A DNA stretch of 64,000 bases from Octopus sinensis (GCF_006345805.1 NC_043006.1:63178001-63242000); one strand, 5' to 3'; positions 40,701 through 55,149 are shown, counted from the first letter of the stretch. The notes: a model not told the origin generated them from the letters alone. Program-made: numbers and translations.

Positions 40701-41756
40701 TTTTGATATATCTATGCGCCATGCAGCTGAAGAGAAGAAATTATTAAAATTAGTCATTAATCATTTTGCACCAGTTTAGACATCACTTTTTGAAAATTGA
40801 AAATTATCAAATTAGACATTAGTGTGGGTAAAATTGAATTAGTATTCAACAGAGAAAAGATATTTTATTAGCAGCCTCAATTACAATCGGGTTAAAGCTA
40901 AGGAAAAATTTCTTGAAATAAAAGAGGATCTACCACCTGTCTATCCTTCAGACTCTCTCAACTTCAACAAAATCTATGCTGACCAATTTTTACTTCCAAA
41001 GATGATTCAACTATACAAATGGTGATACTTGCAATGTAATGGTTTCAAACAGGCGAAGTGAAAATAACGAGAAATAAATTACTAATTTTGCCCGCTTACA
41101 AATTTTCAACCCCACCCTGTATGTCTGTGTGTGTATGTGTGTGTGTGTGTGTGTGTGCATGTGTGCACTGCCAATTGGTAACATATTTACAGGGAAGGGG
41201 TATAATCGGTAATATCGATTCTAGTCTATCAATAGTATTTTATTCATCAAACCAGAGTAAAGTAAAGTAAACTTGGTGTTGGTAGCATTTCAACACACTT
41301 TTAAAATCCTGTCAAAAATAACCATTGGACATTGTGTTTCACTCGCTACCATTTTCCCCTTTCACTGTTATCCCATTAATCTACATTGTCTTACTCAATA
41401 CAACGCTGAAAGAGATTTATATGCAAATCAACTAAAACTAAATCTAAGAAATATTAATGCTGTCTTCCGCTCAATGTTCTTCCAAAATTATTTTCTTTTG
41501 TTGGTAGCTACTACTTTTCACTTTCTCTGGCGGAGAGGTTTTTCAGTTTTAATTCCTTCTTTCTAATAAAGATTAGCATATTTTTTTAACAAATATGATT
41601 GCTGATGTCACAAGTAATTCTAATTAACTGCTAAACCATTTTATCAAAAAGCTATCAATTTAACTCGGTACATTTCCTTTTTTCCTCTTCGACTCAGTAT
41701 TTTATCTTCTTCTTTCATAGACTTCTACATTAGCTTTCTCCCTCTCTCTCTCTCTC

Positions 41757-41819
<63 letters not shown>

Positions 41820-41904
41820 CCTGTGTAACTATCTCTCTACATCTCTGCTTAATTATCTCGTATATTCTTTCCGGAGGGTTTTATCTTTTTTGATGGATAT
41901 TCTA

Positions 41905-42048
41905 TGGTTTCAAATTTTGCACAAACCCAGCAATTTTGTGGGCGGGAATAAGTCGATTACTTCGGCCCCAGGATTTATTTTATAGTCCCCGAAAGGGTAA
42001 AAAGTAAGTCGACAAAGACATTTTGCCCGGCCTGCTAACGACTCTGCC
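41905..42048 (-). mobile_element. SINE family B, deleted copy
   Basis: taagtcgattac...ccccgaaagg...tgctaacgactctgcca. Confidence 0.7.
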
Positions 42049-42342
42049 ATTAAAAGCAACTTTTTAAGACATCTGTTTTAAAGTAGAAGCTAAATGCAAA
42101 CGACGTTCCAAAGAGCCATCATAACCCTTTGAATTCCCAGACTTCTGAACACCTTTACTACCGACCAAATGACACGCCATTTCCCTTTAACTTGTTATTG
42201 TTACAACATATCAAACATTGCTATCTGATCGATAACTTCCAAGTATATTCAGGAGAACCGGGCATCTTATGAAGGGATGGCCATGCATAGCTTATGTAAT
42301 ATATGGTATAATTATAAACATGGCAAATTTTAGCCATTTCTC

Positions 42343-42511
42343 TGCAGGAGTGGCTGTGTGGTAAGTAGCTTGCTTACCAACCACATGGTTCTGGGTTCAG
42401 TCCCACTGCGTGGCACCTTGGGCAAGTGTCTTCTACTATAGCCTCGGGCCGACCAAAGCCTTGTGAGTAGATTAGGTAGACGGAAACTGAAAGAAGCCCG
42501 TCGTATATATG

Positions 42512-42578
<67 letters not shown>

Positions 42579-42792
42579 ATGTTTGTGTGTCTGTGCTTGT
42601 CCCCCTAGCATTGCTTGACAACCGATGCTGGTGTGTTTATGTCCTCGTCACTTAGCGGTTCGGCAAAAGAGACCGATAGAATAAGTACTGGGCTTACAAA
42701 GAATAAGTCCCAGGGTCGAGTTTGCTCGATTAAAGGCGGTGCTCCAGCATGGCCGCAGTCAAATGACTGAAACAAGTAGAAGAGAAGAGAAG
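42343..42792 (+). mobile_element. SINE family A, full length
   Basis: Near-consensus head, body and tail. Confidence 0.92.
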
Positions 42793-42837
42793 ACTGAGAA
42801 AACCATAATCAATTTTTGAACCTTATTGGGTTCTCAT

Positions 42838-42868
<31 letters not shown>

Positions 42869-43557
42869 GATATATGCATGTAAGTATTTATGCATTTTTA
42901 CACATGCACAAGTCACATCGTGTCCCACATGTGTTATTTTTTTCATCTTTTATAATGGGTTGTTCATTGTATTCACAATATATGTATGTACGTATGTATG
43001 TATATATGCATACATATGTGGATATATATGTGTATATACTAAGACTATATATATGCAAGTATGTATGTATGTACAGTGAGGTTCCTTATCAGCACATCAG
43101 TACCATACCACCGTAAACCTTAGAGTAGCAGACGCCTCTAAACTTCGATCCTTGCTCATCACTTTATTTCCACATAAGTCAAATTGCAGTTAACATTCCA
43201 AACTTTAGACAAGCACTTTAGAATGAAAATTATGCTACCATCCCACCCAGCCAATGATAAGGTTTCACTTTCGTCTTCTATAACGTTGTCCTGTTGTGTT
43301 TGAGCAAAAACTTTTTAATTAAAGCCGTTCTTCTTTGCGTTGTCCTGACTTTTCTGCATAAACTATACTAAAAGAGTTTCAGAATTTTATTTATCAACTG
43401 TTATATATATTTGGGGAATTGCAGTGATTTACGGAGAAATTTTATGGGAAATTAAAAAGTATTTGAAAACTGTCTTTATTTTCTTTTTATTTCTATCTTG
43501 AAATAAAATTTTGATAAAGTGTGGCCCTTGATAATATATTTCTTTAAGGGAAAAACG

Positions 43558-44202
43558 TTGTTGAATTTTCATGTCAGTGATGGTAGTTGATGGATGTCCT
43601 GCTCCCTCTTTGTGCTTTAGGCTTGTGTTCCAGACATGCTATATCTGAAAAAAATAGACGGGATGGTCGAAGGTCATGCCTGGAACGTCCTTGCGTAAAG
43701 CCTGCTCGATCAAATGTAACTGAAGGTAAGCAACAACAATAAGAATAATTTCTACTGATATATATATAACACGAATGTCACAAAATGTTCTTTTATAATA
43801 CTATTCTATAAATTAATTTCTACATACGAATTCTCTCTTCCGAAGAAGGCAATTATAAAAAATAATACAAACTCAAAACAATACAAAACATATAATGTTC
43901 TTATATAATATCTTCTTTTATAAGAACTTGATATAAAATTTGCTTAGCGAGTGAGGTGGGGTTGGTGAACACGAGTTTCTCAATTTCATTAACTTTCAGT
44001 AGAAACTACTATAGTCGTTGGCGTGTGAAGTAATTCCAATTTTGAATAGAAACTCACTCGCAGTTTTGTGTCATCGTCAACATTTCACACTCTATAGTGT
44101 CTAAAGCTGAAATAGAAAATATATATTTTATGATTTAAGCAGAAATACTTCTAGGAAAGGCTCTGCTTCATTCTCTCTACCATTTTCTCTCTCCCACCCC
44201 TT

Positions 44203-44273
<71 letters not shown>

Positions 44274-46269
44274 TAGAAGGTTTGGAGATGATGTACAGGT
44301 ATTATATATTAGAAGAAATGAGGTACTCAGAAATCTGGATGGTTTTATATTTACAGATATTTATTAGTATGTTACATGTTTTTATAAATCATATATCATA
44401 TATATAGCGCTTTCGTCAACTCTAGTGGATTTTTCAAACTGAACTTTTGCATTAATTTTGACTCTTTTTATAGTATTATTGAGTGTGTAGTGGTGGGAAG
44501 AGATAAAAGATAATACAAGAGGGTGAGGAATGGGGAGAAAGTGAGAGACCGTGTGTGCGTGTGTATGTGTGTGTGTGCATGTGTGTGTGTTTTTGTATCT
44601 GAAACTAGTGTTAAAGAAAAAGAAGGAAAGGAAGAAGAAGGAGAGAAAGAAGAAAAAATTGTTGATATCTTTGCAGCTGGTCAGTCTGTCAATAATAAGC
44701 GATTCTTGGCTTTTAGCAATGGCAAACCCAGTTGGTCACTCCAAGTGGGACAAAATCTCACTTTTCAAAAAATTGTCTGGATTTTTTCTTCTTTCTCTCC
44801 TTCTCCTTCCTTTCTTTCTTTTTCGTTAACACCCCTTTCAGTCTAAGCTTAGATCATTTGACTCCTTTGTAAGAAATCTAGCCAATGTGTACGACAACAA
44901 AGACAAAAATCGGAGAACATGATACACAATTACGAATACAGACAACAAGAAATAACAACAGGTGTCTTTCGATTGGGAACGAATCAAATTGAGAACGATT
45001 TTAAAGCTTCATTTAGAACTCGTTACTATAATACGATTTAGTAAGTCTGGTTAGTTATGCTTAAAATAATGTAGTGGTTCGCCAATCAGCAAATTTGTAA
45101 ATTTGCACGTGAAATTCTATATGTTTAATAATGTTTTTACGCAAACCTTCTCCGCCTTTTTTCGTCACTGGTTGATTCAGTTTCACTTTATTAAAGACTG
45201 TCATATCGAATTTCTATCATTCTGCGAACAACTTTCGAAAAAGCGCCTTTCATTACTATGAAGGGAAAAACGTTTTTCGTTTCATAGTAATGAAAGGCGC
45301 TTTTTCGAAAGTTGTTCGCAGAATGATAGAAATTCGATATGGCAGTCTTTAATAAAGTGAAACCGAATCAACCAGTGACGAAAAAAGGCGGAGAAGGTTT
45401 GCGTAAAAACATTATTAAACATATAGAATTTCACGTGCAAATTTACAAATTTGCTGATTGGCGAACCACTACATTATTTTAAGCATAACTAACCAGACTT
45501 ACTAAATCGTATTATAGCAACGAGTTCTAAATGAAGCTTTAAAATCGTTCTCAATTTGATTCGTTCCCAATCGAAAGACACCTGTTGTTATTTCTTGTTG
45601 TCTGTATTCGTAATTGTGTATCATGTTCTCCGATTTTTGTCTTTGTTGTCGTACACATTGGCTAGATTTCTTACAAAGGAGTCAAATGATCTAAGCTTAG
45701 ACTGAAAGGGGTGTTAACGAAAAAGAAAGAAAGGAAGGAGAAGGAGAGAAAGAAGAAAAAATCCAGACAATTTTTTGAAAAGTGAGATTTTGTCCCACTT
45801 GGAGTGACCAACTGGGTTTGCCATTGCTAAAAGCCAAGAATCGCTTATTATTGACAGACTGACCAGCTGCAAAGATATCAACAATTTTTTCTTCTTTCTC
45901 TCCTTCTTCTTCCTTTCCTTCTTTTTCTTTAACACTAGTTTCAGATACAAAAACACACACACATGCACACACACACATACACACGCACACACGGTCTCTC
46001 ACTTTCTCCCCATTCCTCACCCTCTTGTATTATCTTTTATCTCTTCCCACCACTACACACTCAATAATACTATAAAAAGAGTCAAAATTAATGCAAAAGT
46101 TCAGTTTGAAAAATCCACTAGAGTTGACGAAAGCGCTATATATATGATATATGATTTATAAAAACATGTAACATACTAATAAATATCTGTAAATATAAAA
46201 CCATCCAGATTTCTGAGTACCTCATTTCTTCTAATATATAATACCTGTACATCATCTCCAAACCTTCTA

Positions 46270-46342
<73 letters not shown>

Positions 46343-46987
46343 AAGGGGTGGGAGAGAGAAAATGGTAGAGAGAATGAAGCAGAGCCTTTCCTAGAAGTAT
46401 TTCTGCTTAAATCATAAAATATATATTTTCTATTTCAGCTTTAGACACTATAGAGTGTGAAATGTTGACGATGACACAAAACTGCGAGTGAGTTTCTATT
46501 CAAAATTGGAATTACTTCACACGCCAACGACTATAGTAGTTTCTACTGAAAGTTAATGAAATTGAGAAACTCGTGTTCACCAACCCCACCTCACTCTCTA
46601 AGCAAATTTTATATCAAGTTCTTATAAAAGAAGATATTATATAAGAACATTATATGTTTTGTATTGTTTTGAGTTTGTATTATTTTTTATAATTGCCTTC
46701 TTCGGAAGAGAGAATTCGTATGTAGAAATTAATTTATAGAATAGTATTATAAAAGAACATTTTGTGACATTCGTGTTATATATATATCAGTAGAAATTAT
46801 TCTTATTGTTGTTGCTTACCTTCAGTTACATTTGATCGAGCAGGCTTTACGCAAGGACGTTCCAGGCATGACCTTCGACCATCCCGTCTATTTTTTTCAG
46901 ATATAGCATGTCTGGAACACAAGCCTAAAGCACAAAGAGGGAGCAGGACATCCATCAACTACCATCACTGACATGAAAATTCAACAA
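43558..46987. repeat. 3.43-kb near-perfect palindrome (inverted duplication, ~1.7-kb arms, no loop)
   Basis: Identical ORFs at 44523-44846(+) and 45697-46020(-); centre between 45271 and 45272; few substitutions plus a 2-bp (CA)n length difference. Confidence 0.97.
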
Positions 46988-47690
46988 GTTCGAGTGATGT
47001 TTCTGGCGAATCGGCGAGTGGCCAACGATGAAGTGGCATGTTCTCTGAAAACTAGTCGATTAGAAATCATCCACGGCAAGCTTTGCTTCCGTAAAGTCTT
47101 TGCGAGATCGATAGTGGTGCCAAGACACCGCTTACCCGACCACTACAACGATGAAGGCGAAGCGTTTTAGAAGAGAGTAGTCACAGGAAATTAAATCTGG
47201 GTCCATCACTTCGAACCAGAATTCAAAAAACAGAGTATGGAGTGGAAACACCCGGAAACTCAAGCGAGAATTTAAATTCAATCACCAGAGTAGGCTACAG
47301 TGAAATGCTGAGCAACAAACTGAAACCATCAGTTTGCACCAAACGCCGAGGTCTATTGTTAAAACAACTTTTGTTGCAGGACAATGCATTCTCACATGCA
47401 GTCGCCCACACCGTTGAAACTACTGAAAAAACTGGGTTTCGAGTTGCTGAATTGCCCTGCATAAAGTCCGTCCAGATCTCGCTCCTTCCGCTTTCACCCT
47501 CTTTGGACAGCGCCCAAACATCCTTTACACGGTGGTCGATTTGCTACGGACGAAGAAGCACAGGACGCGTTGAATAAATGGATGCGCAACCTGCCGAAAA
47601 ACCTTCTTCAATGGAATAAGCAAGCTTGTGGACCACTAAAAGAAATGTATCGAAAAGTAAGGAGAGTGAATCGAAAAACTGTGTAATTGT
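46925..47690 (+). mobile_element. Decayed mariner transposase
   Basis: GAGHPST...IQQVRVMFLANRRV...KLCFRKVFAR...VVTGN*IWVHHFEPEFKKQSMEWKHP...LLQDNA. Confidence 0.8.
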
Positions 47691-48080
47691 TGAACTACTG
47701 CTTTTTTGTTTTACTTTTTTTTATTAAATTGCATAAGGAAGAGTGCGTTTAATTTTTTACCTACTCATGTTTATGTAATATCCTAAAGTTACGGTGTATG
47801 TCTTATAGTGACTTTTTTCTATTCTGCCTAGTGTATTCCCATCAGAGGACTCGGTTTTCGAAGAGGTTCCTACCGATGTGTTTGCAAAGATTCTTTCTAC
47901 TTTCCCAATGTTACAGCGGAACATAGATATTTCTTCGGTACAGATGTAGAACACGAATACGAAAAGGCAAAGAGAGTAAGTATATCACTTACAATTTCTT
48001 ATATATTATTATAATCCTACTATTATATACCATATACATTATATATAATATAGAAGTGTATGTGTGTATGTGTGTGTGTA

Positions 48081-48141
<61 letters not shown>

Positions 48142-50582
48142 TGTGTGTGTGTGAATTATAGCTAAGCGGTATATGATAGTATTATCTTATAACAATATCT
48201 TGTATACGTCTTAATTCACAACCTCGCCCTTTTGTTGAATTTATCGGACTTATTTGCCAATGAAATCCGTTAACTTATTGTGTTATCAAGTAAATAATGT
48301 TTTTCTTTCTTCATCAACTAGAGTTGCTATAAATTCTGCAGATCACATTCTTAAAGCTTAAATTAGCTTCCAAAACAGCTGGCAGTTGAAATATATTTCT
48401 GCTCTACTTCAAGAAATATTCTATCACATGGTCAATCTTGGTTTTATTTCCCAATACTACAAGATAACAAAACACGAATTAATTAAACATTAATTGGTGC
48501 ATTGATTTAATATGAATTTTATTGATGTAAATACTGGGCAATCTTTACGAAGGGCAAAGCCAAGTAATGTTGATAGGATATGAAATAACGAATCTTGGGC
48601 CAACAGAACGTACACTTTAATAACTCTGATACAATACTTTTTAATTGAATGTGTTTTTAATTAAATAAACACTGATCAATTCATATTTCATTGTATAACC
48701 CAGTCTTTTATAAAAGAGAGAATTATTGTAGATTCGAAGACACCAATATTAGAAACAGAACTTTCTCATACCAACATAATCATATCTTAATTAACTTGTG
48801 TGGGATAAACATAATAAAACGTGTTTACGGCTTATTAAATAACTTCACACATATAAAAGCTTAACATTTTCGTAATGTGGCCACATAGCTTTTCACTAGT
48901 TCGCTTCGATACTACAGATGCACCGCTTTATCGTCAAATTAATTAATTTGAAAATAAATCATTATTCCAATCGACTTATCTTCATTAAAGGAGACGTTAC
49001 TCTAGTACTGAATTAGATTGTCTGTTCGTTTGTTCCTTCTCGTCTACTAATATTTATACGAGATAGAATTTTAAATTCATTATTGACATACATTATAATG
49101 ATATTTACATCCCAGATCAGAGATGATAGAATTTTCACAGACAAGTTCATATAGCGATTTGGTATACAATGGTATAAAACACAAACTTGAGGGTTTTCTT
49201 AGCTTCTTTTAAAATTGAATGAAAAAGATTGTTCATGCGAAGTGGTTTCTTGGCAGTATCTACTATGCGTAACCAGTAAAAGAATAAGATTTAGAAAATA
49301 TTTAGAAAATATTAAGCTACTGGCATAAATTTCAAAGAAGAACTCTGAAAAAAAACATCAATCTTTCAAGAGAAAATCAAAAATTTATTGCGTGGTCACA
49401 GAGATTCGAGTTGACTATGTAATGATTGGGCATTTGTCTGAGGCAATTGTAACGTGAGATAGTACAACCTGAATTGAAACTTGTATGCAGATAACCGAGG
49501 CATTTAGTAAAAATATTAAAACTCATTCTATAACAATGCATAGATTTTCCACTTAACAAAACTGCTATAAACTTTCTTACCGAGTATGGCCGTATGGATA
49601 AGAAGTTCATTTCACAACTGCATAGTTCGGGTACGATCTTACAATGTGATACTTTGGGAAAGGGTCTCCAACTACATGTTCGGATCGACCTAGAATGGAA
49701 TTTTGTAGATGTAAACTGGTTGGAATTCCGTCAGAGTAGATGTTCCTATTTTCGTGTAGTGGATTTAATCCATCGGCCTATTTAAACACCACATCTTGGT
49801 TCTTAGGTGTCTTAAGTGGAATATTTTCTGTTGAAAACATTCGGCCCAAGTTCTTGGTCTCACAGGTCCTTAAAATAGATATGAGGTAATCCTTTTCTCC
49901 TCTAAGTGATATGCTTTATGAAACTGTGTGCAATAATAAACGGAAGTATTAGGAATGACTTCTGATTCTTCCTCCTATAAGTTATAATTGAGTCAGCAAG
50001 ACAGCCAGCAACCAGCGATCGAGCAGTTTGGCAGTTCTTATACCTTCAGACACTCTTTGATGGGTAAAAATATAACTTCAGCTGATCCGATCTCCTTTGT
50101 CGTAAATAAGTACTGTTGAGAGACGGGCTGTGTACATTTTGTGAACAGTGCAAATAGCACAACATAAAAGTTCATAACCTAATTTCACTCTCCTTTTATA
50201 AATGCTTTATTTCAGTTACGTCACAAATAACACTGAAGAAGGGCATTAGATTTATATAATAATAACTCCTTTTCTCCAAAACAGTTTTTTTTTCTTTTTT
50301 TTTCTACCGCGGCTATCAGAAATAGATGGCGTGTTTTATATTAGAGAATAATAAAGGAGGGAAATTCAGTACGAATTGCTTGAATTATCGGGAGAAACAC
50401 TCTTCAGTGAATGCCATCTCTTAGCTTTTGATTTCGATTTCGATCACTTACCATACAGTAAAACACGATATTCTTTCTAGTTGATATTGATTGGCCTCTA
50501 CCGTATTCCCTATGTGTATCTATCAGCCATTGAGATTATGATACATAATTTTTTTTTCTAAAAGTAGTTTTGATAAAAAAAC

Positions 50583-50712
50583 TTGGCAGAAACGTTAGCT
50601 CGCAGGGCGAAATGCTTAACGGTATTTCGTCTGTCTTTACGTTCTGAGTTCAAATTCCGCTGAGGTCGACTTTGCCTTTCATTCTTTCGAGGTCGATAAA
50701 TTTAGTACCAGT
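50583..50712 (+). mobile_element. SINE family B 5' half
   Basis: tggcagaaacgttagc...gagttcaaattccgc.gaggtcgactttgcctttc. Confidence 0.85.
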
Positions 50713-50759
50713 TTCTATATTCGTGTGATCGCATGAAATGCTTAAATCTCAACCTAAGA

Positions 50760-51746
50760 AAAATAAGGTGGATGAGGATTTTTTTTCCCAACCAAGCTCT
50801 TCGATCTTCTGTGATGTGATCTTTGCAGTGTGGGGGTCGCGCATTGTCCAGATGAAACATCACACCTTTTCGATACACTAAAGCGGGTCTTTTTTTCTTC
50901 AAAGCTTGGTTCAGAAACTCTAGTTGCTGACAGTAGACTTGAGCATTGATTGTTGCATAAGGTGGTAACAATTCAAAGTGAATTACTCCTTTGGAATCCC
51001 ACCAGATAGCGAGAAGAACCATTTTCCCATGAAGTTCCCTTCTCGGTTGTGGTTTTTCCCTTTTACGACGTTTAACGACATTTAACATTTCGATAGAAGA
51101 TCCGTTTTTCGTCACCAGTCACAAGTCTAACGAAAAGGGTGAAATGAGTTCGCGTCAATGGAAAGAAGAGCAGATGTCAACTTGGGACTTGCGGTTGCTT
51201 TCGGACAATTCATGAGGCACCCATTTTCCAAGTTTAGGAACCTTTCCTAGCTGTTGAAGATGACGATGAACAGTTGTATGGTTTGAACTAAGCTTTATTG
51301 CCAATTCTTCAACTGATAATGCAGGATTTTCTTCAAGTAATGTCTCAAGGAGCTTATCATCAAACTCAACTGGACTTCCTGTTCGATCTACATCTTCAAG
51401 GCTGAAATCTCCACTTCTGAATTTTGCAAACCATCTTCTGCAAGTTCTTTCATTCAAGCATTCTTTCCCATAAACTGAGAGAGAGTCGCTTCGGCTGCAG
51501 AGTTTGTTTTTTTTTTGTACTCATAAATCATTTTGCCTCAAATGCTCTTTGGATACTTCCATGTTAGAAATGGTTTTAATCAAAGAAATTTTAATTCTAT
51601 TATTCTATAAAATAATATTTAATTAGTTTAAATGTACGCAAAAGCATGAAAATCACTTTTAATTCCATTAGACATTTTAAAATATTATTAAATTTCATTC
51701 AGTTTTAAAGCAGGTAAAATCGGACAGAACTTATGGGATGACCTGA
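50760..51746 (-). mobile_element. Mariner, same family as 20489-21771, 3'-truncated
   Basis: TIR tcggacagaacttatgggatgacctga|TA; KLGKWVPHELSESNR, WWDSKGVIHFELL, FHLDNARP. Confidence 0.92.
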
Positions 51747-52493
51747 TAACATGGCTCTAATGGTTTCTTATAAATAGAGGAAATGTGCTCGTATTTATTG
51801 ATATTACCATGTATGTATATGGGCATATACATTTGTACATTCATGGATTGCTATGCTTATAAATTACTTAGACATAAATTAATACACCCTATAGATCGAA
51901 ACACATATCGAAAAAATGCATTATCTTTATACATTCATCTGGATGCATAAATAACATCATAGAATTACGTGAATGCATTTCTCTACAATAATGAAATTAC
52001 GAATAACCACGCTTGAAACAGACTAGAAAACCCTTAGTAAATATTTAAAGTAACATAGTCTCACCAATCCTTACCATCCCAATAAACTTTGCTACAATCA
52101 TTTATTAATATAAATCTCGCAGGACCAAAACTAATCCAACCTCATTTTGATATATGCTTGGAACCGAGCAATCTCGTCAACTAATATTCCTATGTGAACC
52201 TTAAAACACAACAAAAACATCAACAATCTGATCAAAGAATATCATGGCCTGAACTTAACAACGCTTGACTGAACTCTAAACAATAGCAATTTTCCTACGT
52301 CAAACCAAATAGAAACTCCTCTCCCACGCCCTACAAACACATATTTACCTCCTGTCCTCCTCTATCCTCTGCTTCCTAAACAACTACTCCCCCAATCTAC
52401 CTACTAGACACCTAATTATCATATCACATGGCACTATATCCCAAAATATTCTTGCTAAAGACGACATAAAACCAAATAGAATGAAAATAAGTG

Positions 52494-52535
52494 AGTCTGA
52501 CGATAGCGAACAAGCCGAAACTTGGAAGTCAAACT
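52494..52535 (+). ncRNA. Minimal type I hammerhead motif with canonical core at a PLE-like 3' end
   Basis: agt-CTGACGA-tagcgaacaagcc-GAAAC-ttggaa-GTC-aaact, shortly upstream of a (CA)n tract. Confidence 0.65.
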
Positions 52536-52773
52536 AGAAGTTTTATCTATACGCACGCACATACACACACACACAATCATATATATGTATGTGTATGTGT
52601 GCGTGTGTGTATGGTTCAACTGTAAAAAAAGCAAAAGACAAAGACAGGTGAGGGGACAACAAACAAGTAAAGTTTTTGACGGTTCGTGCCTACGCCCTTC
52701 GCCAAAAAGGAATGAGAGGGAAAATGTGTTGAGATTAATGGTTGAACATGATGAAATGACCGGAAGTATGAGC

Positions 52774-52808
<35 letters not shown>

Positions 52809-52820
52809 ATATTATCATAT

Positions 52821-53012
52821 TTGCGACTTTACAGGTGCCAAAATATTCTTGCTAAAGACGACATAACTTGGATAACATCGGCGGTGTGAAGAGATGAGGT
52901 TGGTATGCATGGGTGACTGCTGGTCTTACATAAGAAAAACTTTGCCCGGACTTCTACCTCTGAGGGGAACTCTTTAGGTATAATTGTATGGTCATTCATG
53001 ACCGAAGGGAGC
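52821..53012 (+). mobile_element. SINE family C 3' portion with an internal replacement
   Basis: ttgcgac...ggtgccaa and cttggataacatcggc...gtcattcatgaccgaaggg. Confidence 0.8.
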
Positions 53013-54239
53013 CCTATATCATATTATATTATATGATAGATATATCATATCATATATATAAATAGTGTATCGTTAAAATGAGTACCAGTGTTATACTGTG
53101 GTAGATTTTTAATTGACTGTATACCCACCCCATACGAATTTGTAGTTTTACACCAATATCAATTATTTATCCGAGTGTTCGCGAAGATAGAATACTCTAA
53201 GCCTACCAGAAATGGCAGGTAAACCGCCTTAAATCTATCATCTAAAAATAAAATATGGACACATTGGCCAAAGTAGTGCTAGTCACCGCTGACCTGGGGG
53301 CTAAACAACAGTAACAACAAAAATAATTGATCAACATATCACGATATTGAAAATAATTATCGATTTGACTGTTTATAAACCCCGCTCAATGCTGCATTAT
53401 ATCTCAACAAACGAAATTTTTATATTGACAAATAATTAATATGTCAGCCAACTCGTATGTCTTTTTCAGGGACCGGGGGCGAGAGGGGATTTCTATTTGT
53501 GTGAGTATGTGCTGTTGTTGTTGTTGTTTGATGCGTGGTCTTCTGTAATTTATCGGTGTTCCTCCACGCAGGTTATATAAACTCACCCGTCTCCAGTTTC
53601 ATGGAAAACATTTCTTATAATTTAAACAAAATATGAATATAGACTTTTTGTTGTTGTTGTTTTCCTCGAGTATTTGAACAGAAGCAGAAGAAAAATCATT
53701 TAAGATTCTGAAATTATGCAAGACATTATCGTCATCTGTTTTCGACTGCTTCCAAATTAATTGCCAATCTTCAAACCTCGTAACAGCGCTAAAGAAAAAA
53801 TATATATAATGTAAAAATGGCGTCGTTTAAATATGATCAATTAAAAATATAAACGAAATTAAACATTCTCTGTTATTTATTCAACTAAACCCTTATAAAC
53901 ATTAATTTCCTTGCTATGATTTATTTCATTTGATTTTTTTCAAATCTTCTTCATCATAAATTTTCGCGAATTCTTTTCAATTCTTGTTTTGTAATTTCAA
54001 TCTTTGTAATTTCCACCGCTCTCTTTTCTTTTTGTTCTTTCTTTCCTCTTACTCAATTTTCAGTTGTTAAGTCAAAATAATTATCAGTTAACTAGGGGAA
54101 AGTGTAACAGGAATGAAAACACTGGAAAGAATAATGCGAAGGATGATCCTGAGCAAAATATTAAACTGCGGCTCCATTTCGGGAGTTGAGGGTTCAAGGG
54201 ATTAGGGAGTAAACGTCAACAAGTCAGGTTATGTGTCAT

Positions 54240-54472
54240 ATATTTCTTTATTGCTCACAAGGGGCTAAACATAGAGGGGACAAACAAAGACAGACAAAGG
54301 GACTAAGTCGATTACATCGACCCCAGTGCGTAACCGGTACTTTATTTATCGACCCCGAAAGGATGAAAAGCAAAGTTGACCTCGGCGGAATTTGAACGCA
54401 GAACGTAACGGCAGACGAAATACGGCTACGCATTTCGCCCGGCGTGCTAACGATTCTGCCAGCTCGCTGCCT
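54240..54472 (-). mobile_element. SINE family B, full length
   Basis: tRNA-like head ggcagcgagctggcagaatcgttagcacgccggg; B-box-like gttcaaattcc. Confidence 0.92.
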
Positions 54473-54840
54473 TCGTTATATATCATATAATAAATAGCAT
54501 ACAGAACTCGGAGGATTGATGTCCCGCTAGACATGTCACAGAGATTCGCAGGTGCGTGGGCCTACGCTGATGTTATATGACTCATTCACACTGCTTTTTT
54601 TTTTAAACAAGCACTGCACTTCGAGGATATACTCACAAAAATAGGGACCAGCAGAGCAAACCGTAAATAGACTGGCAACGGAGTAATCTCTGCTGCATAT
54701 TTTCTAAGAAAAATCAAGGAACTTCAGACATTGGCATGAATGGCTATGATCACCGAAACCTGTAAAATAGACGTGGAGCATGAAGAGAGAGTGAGAGAGG
54801 GTGAGAGAGAAAGAAAGAAGCAAACAGAAAGAGAGAGAAA

Positions 54841-55114
54841 TTGTGTGTGTGTGTGTGTCTGTGAGTGAGTGAGTGAATGAGTGAGCGAGTGAGGGAGTGA
54901 GTCAGTGAGTGAGTGAGCGAGTGAGTGAGTGAATGAGTGAGGGAGTGGGTGAGTGAGTGAGTGAGTGAGTGAGTGAGTGAATGAATGAGTGAGTGAATGA
55001 GTGAGGGAGTGGGTGAGTAAGTGAGTGAGTGCGTGAGTGAGTGAGTGAGTGAGCGAGTGAGTGAGTGAATGAGTGAGGGAGTGAGTGAGTGAGTGAGTGA
55101 GTGAGTGGTTGAGC

Positions 55115-55145
<31 letters not shown>
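54841..55145. repeat. (GT)n-(GAGT)n-(GA)n compound microsatellite
   Basis: Seen directly. Confidence 0.95.

Positions 55146-55149
<4 letters not shown>

Noticed and set aside
44523-46020. Identical 107-aa and 92-aa ORFs on opposite strands
   Set aside because: By-products of the palindrome; low-complexity and no protein family signal.
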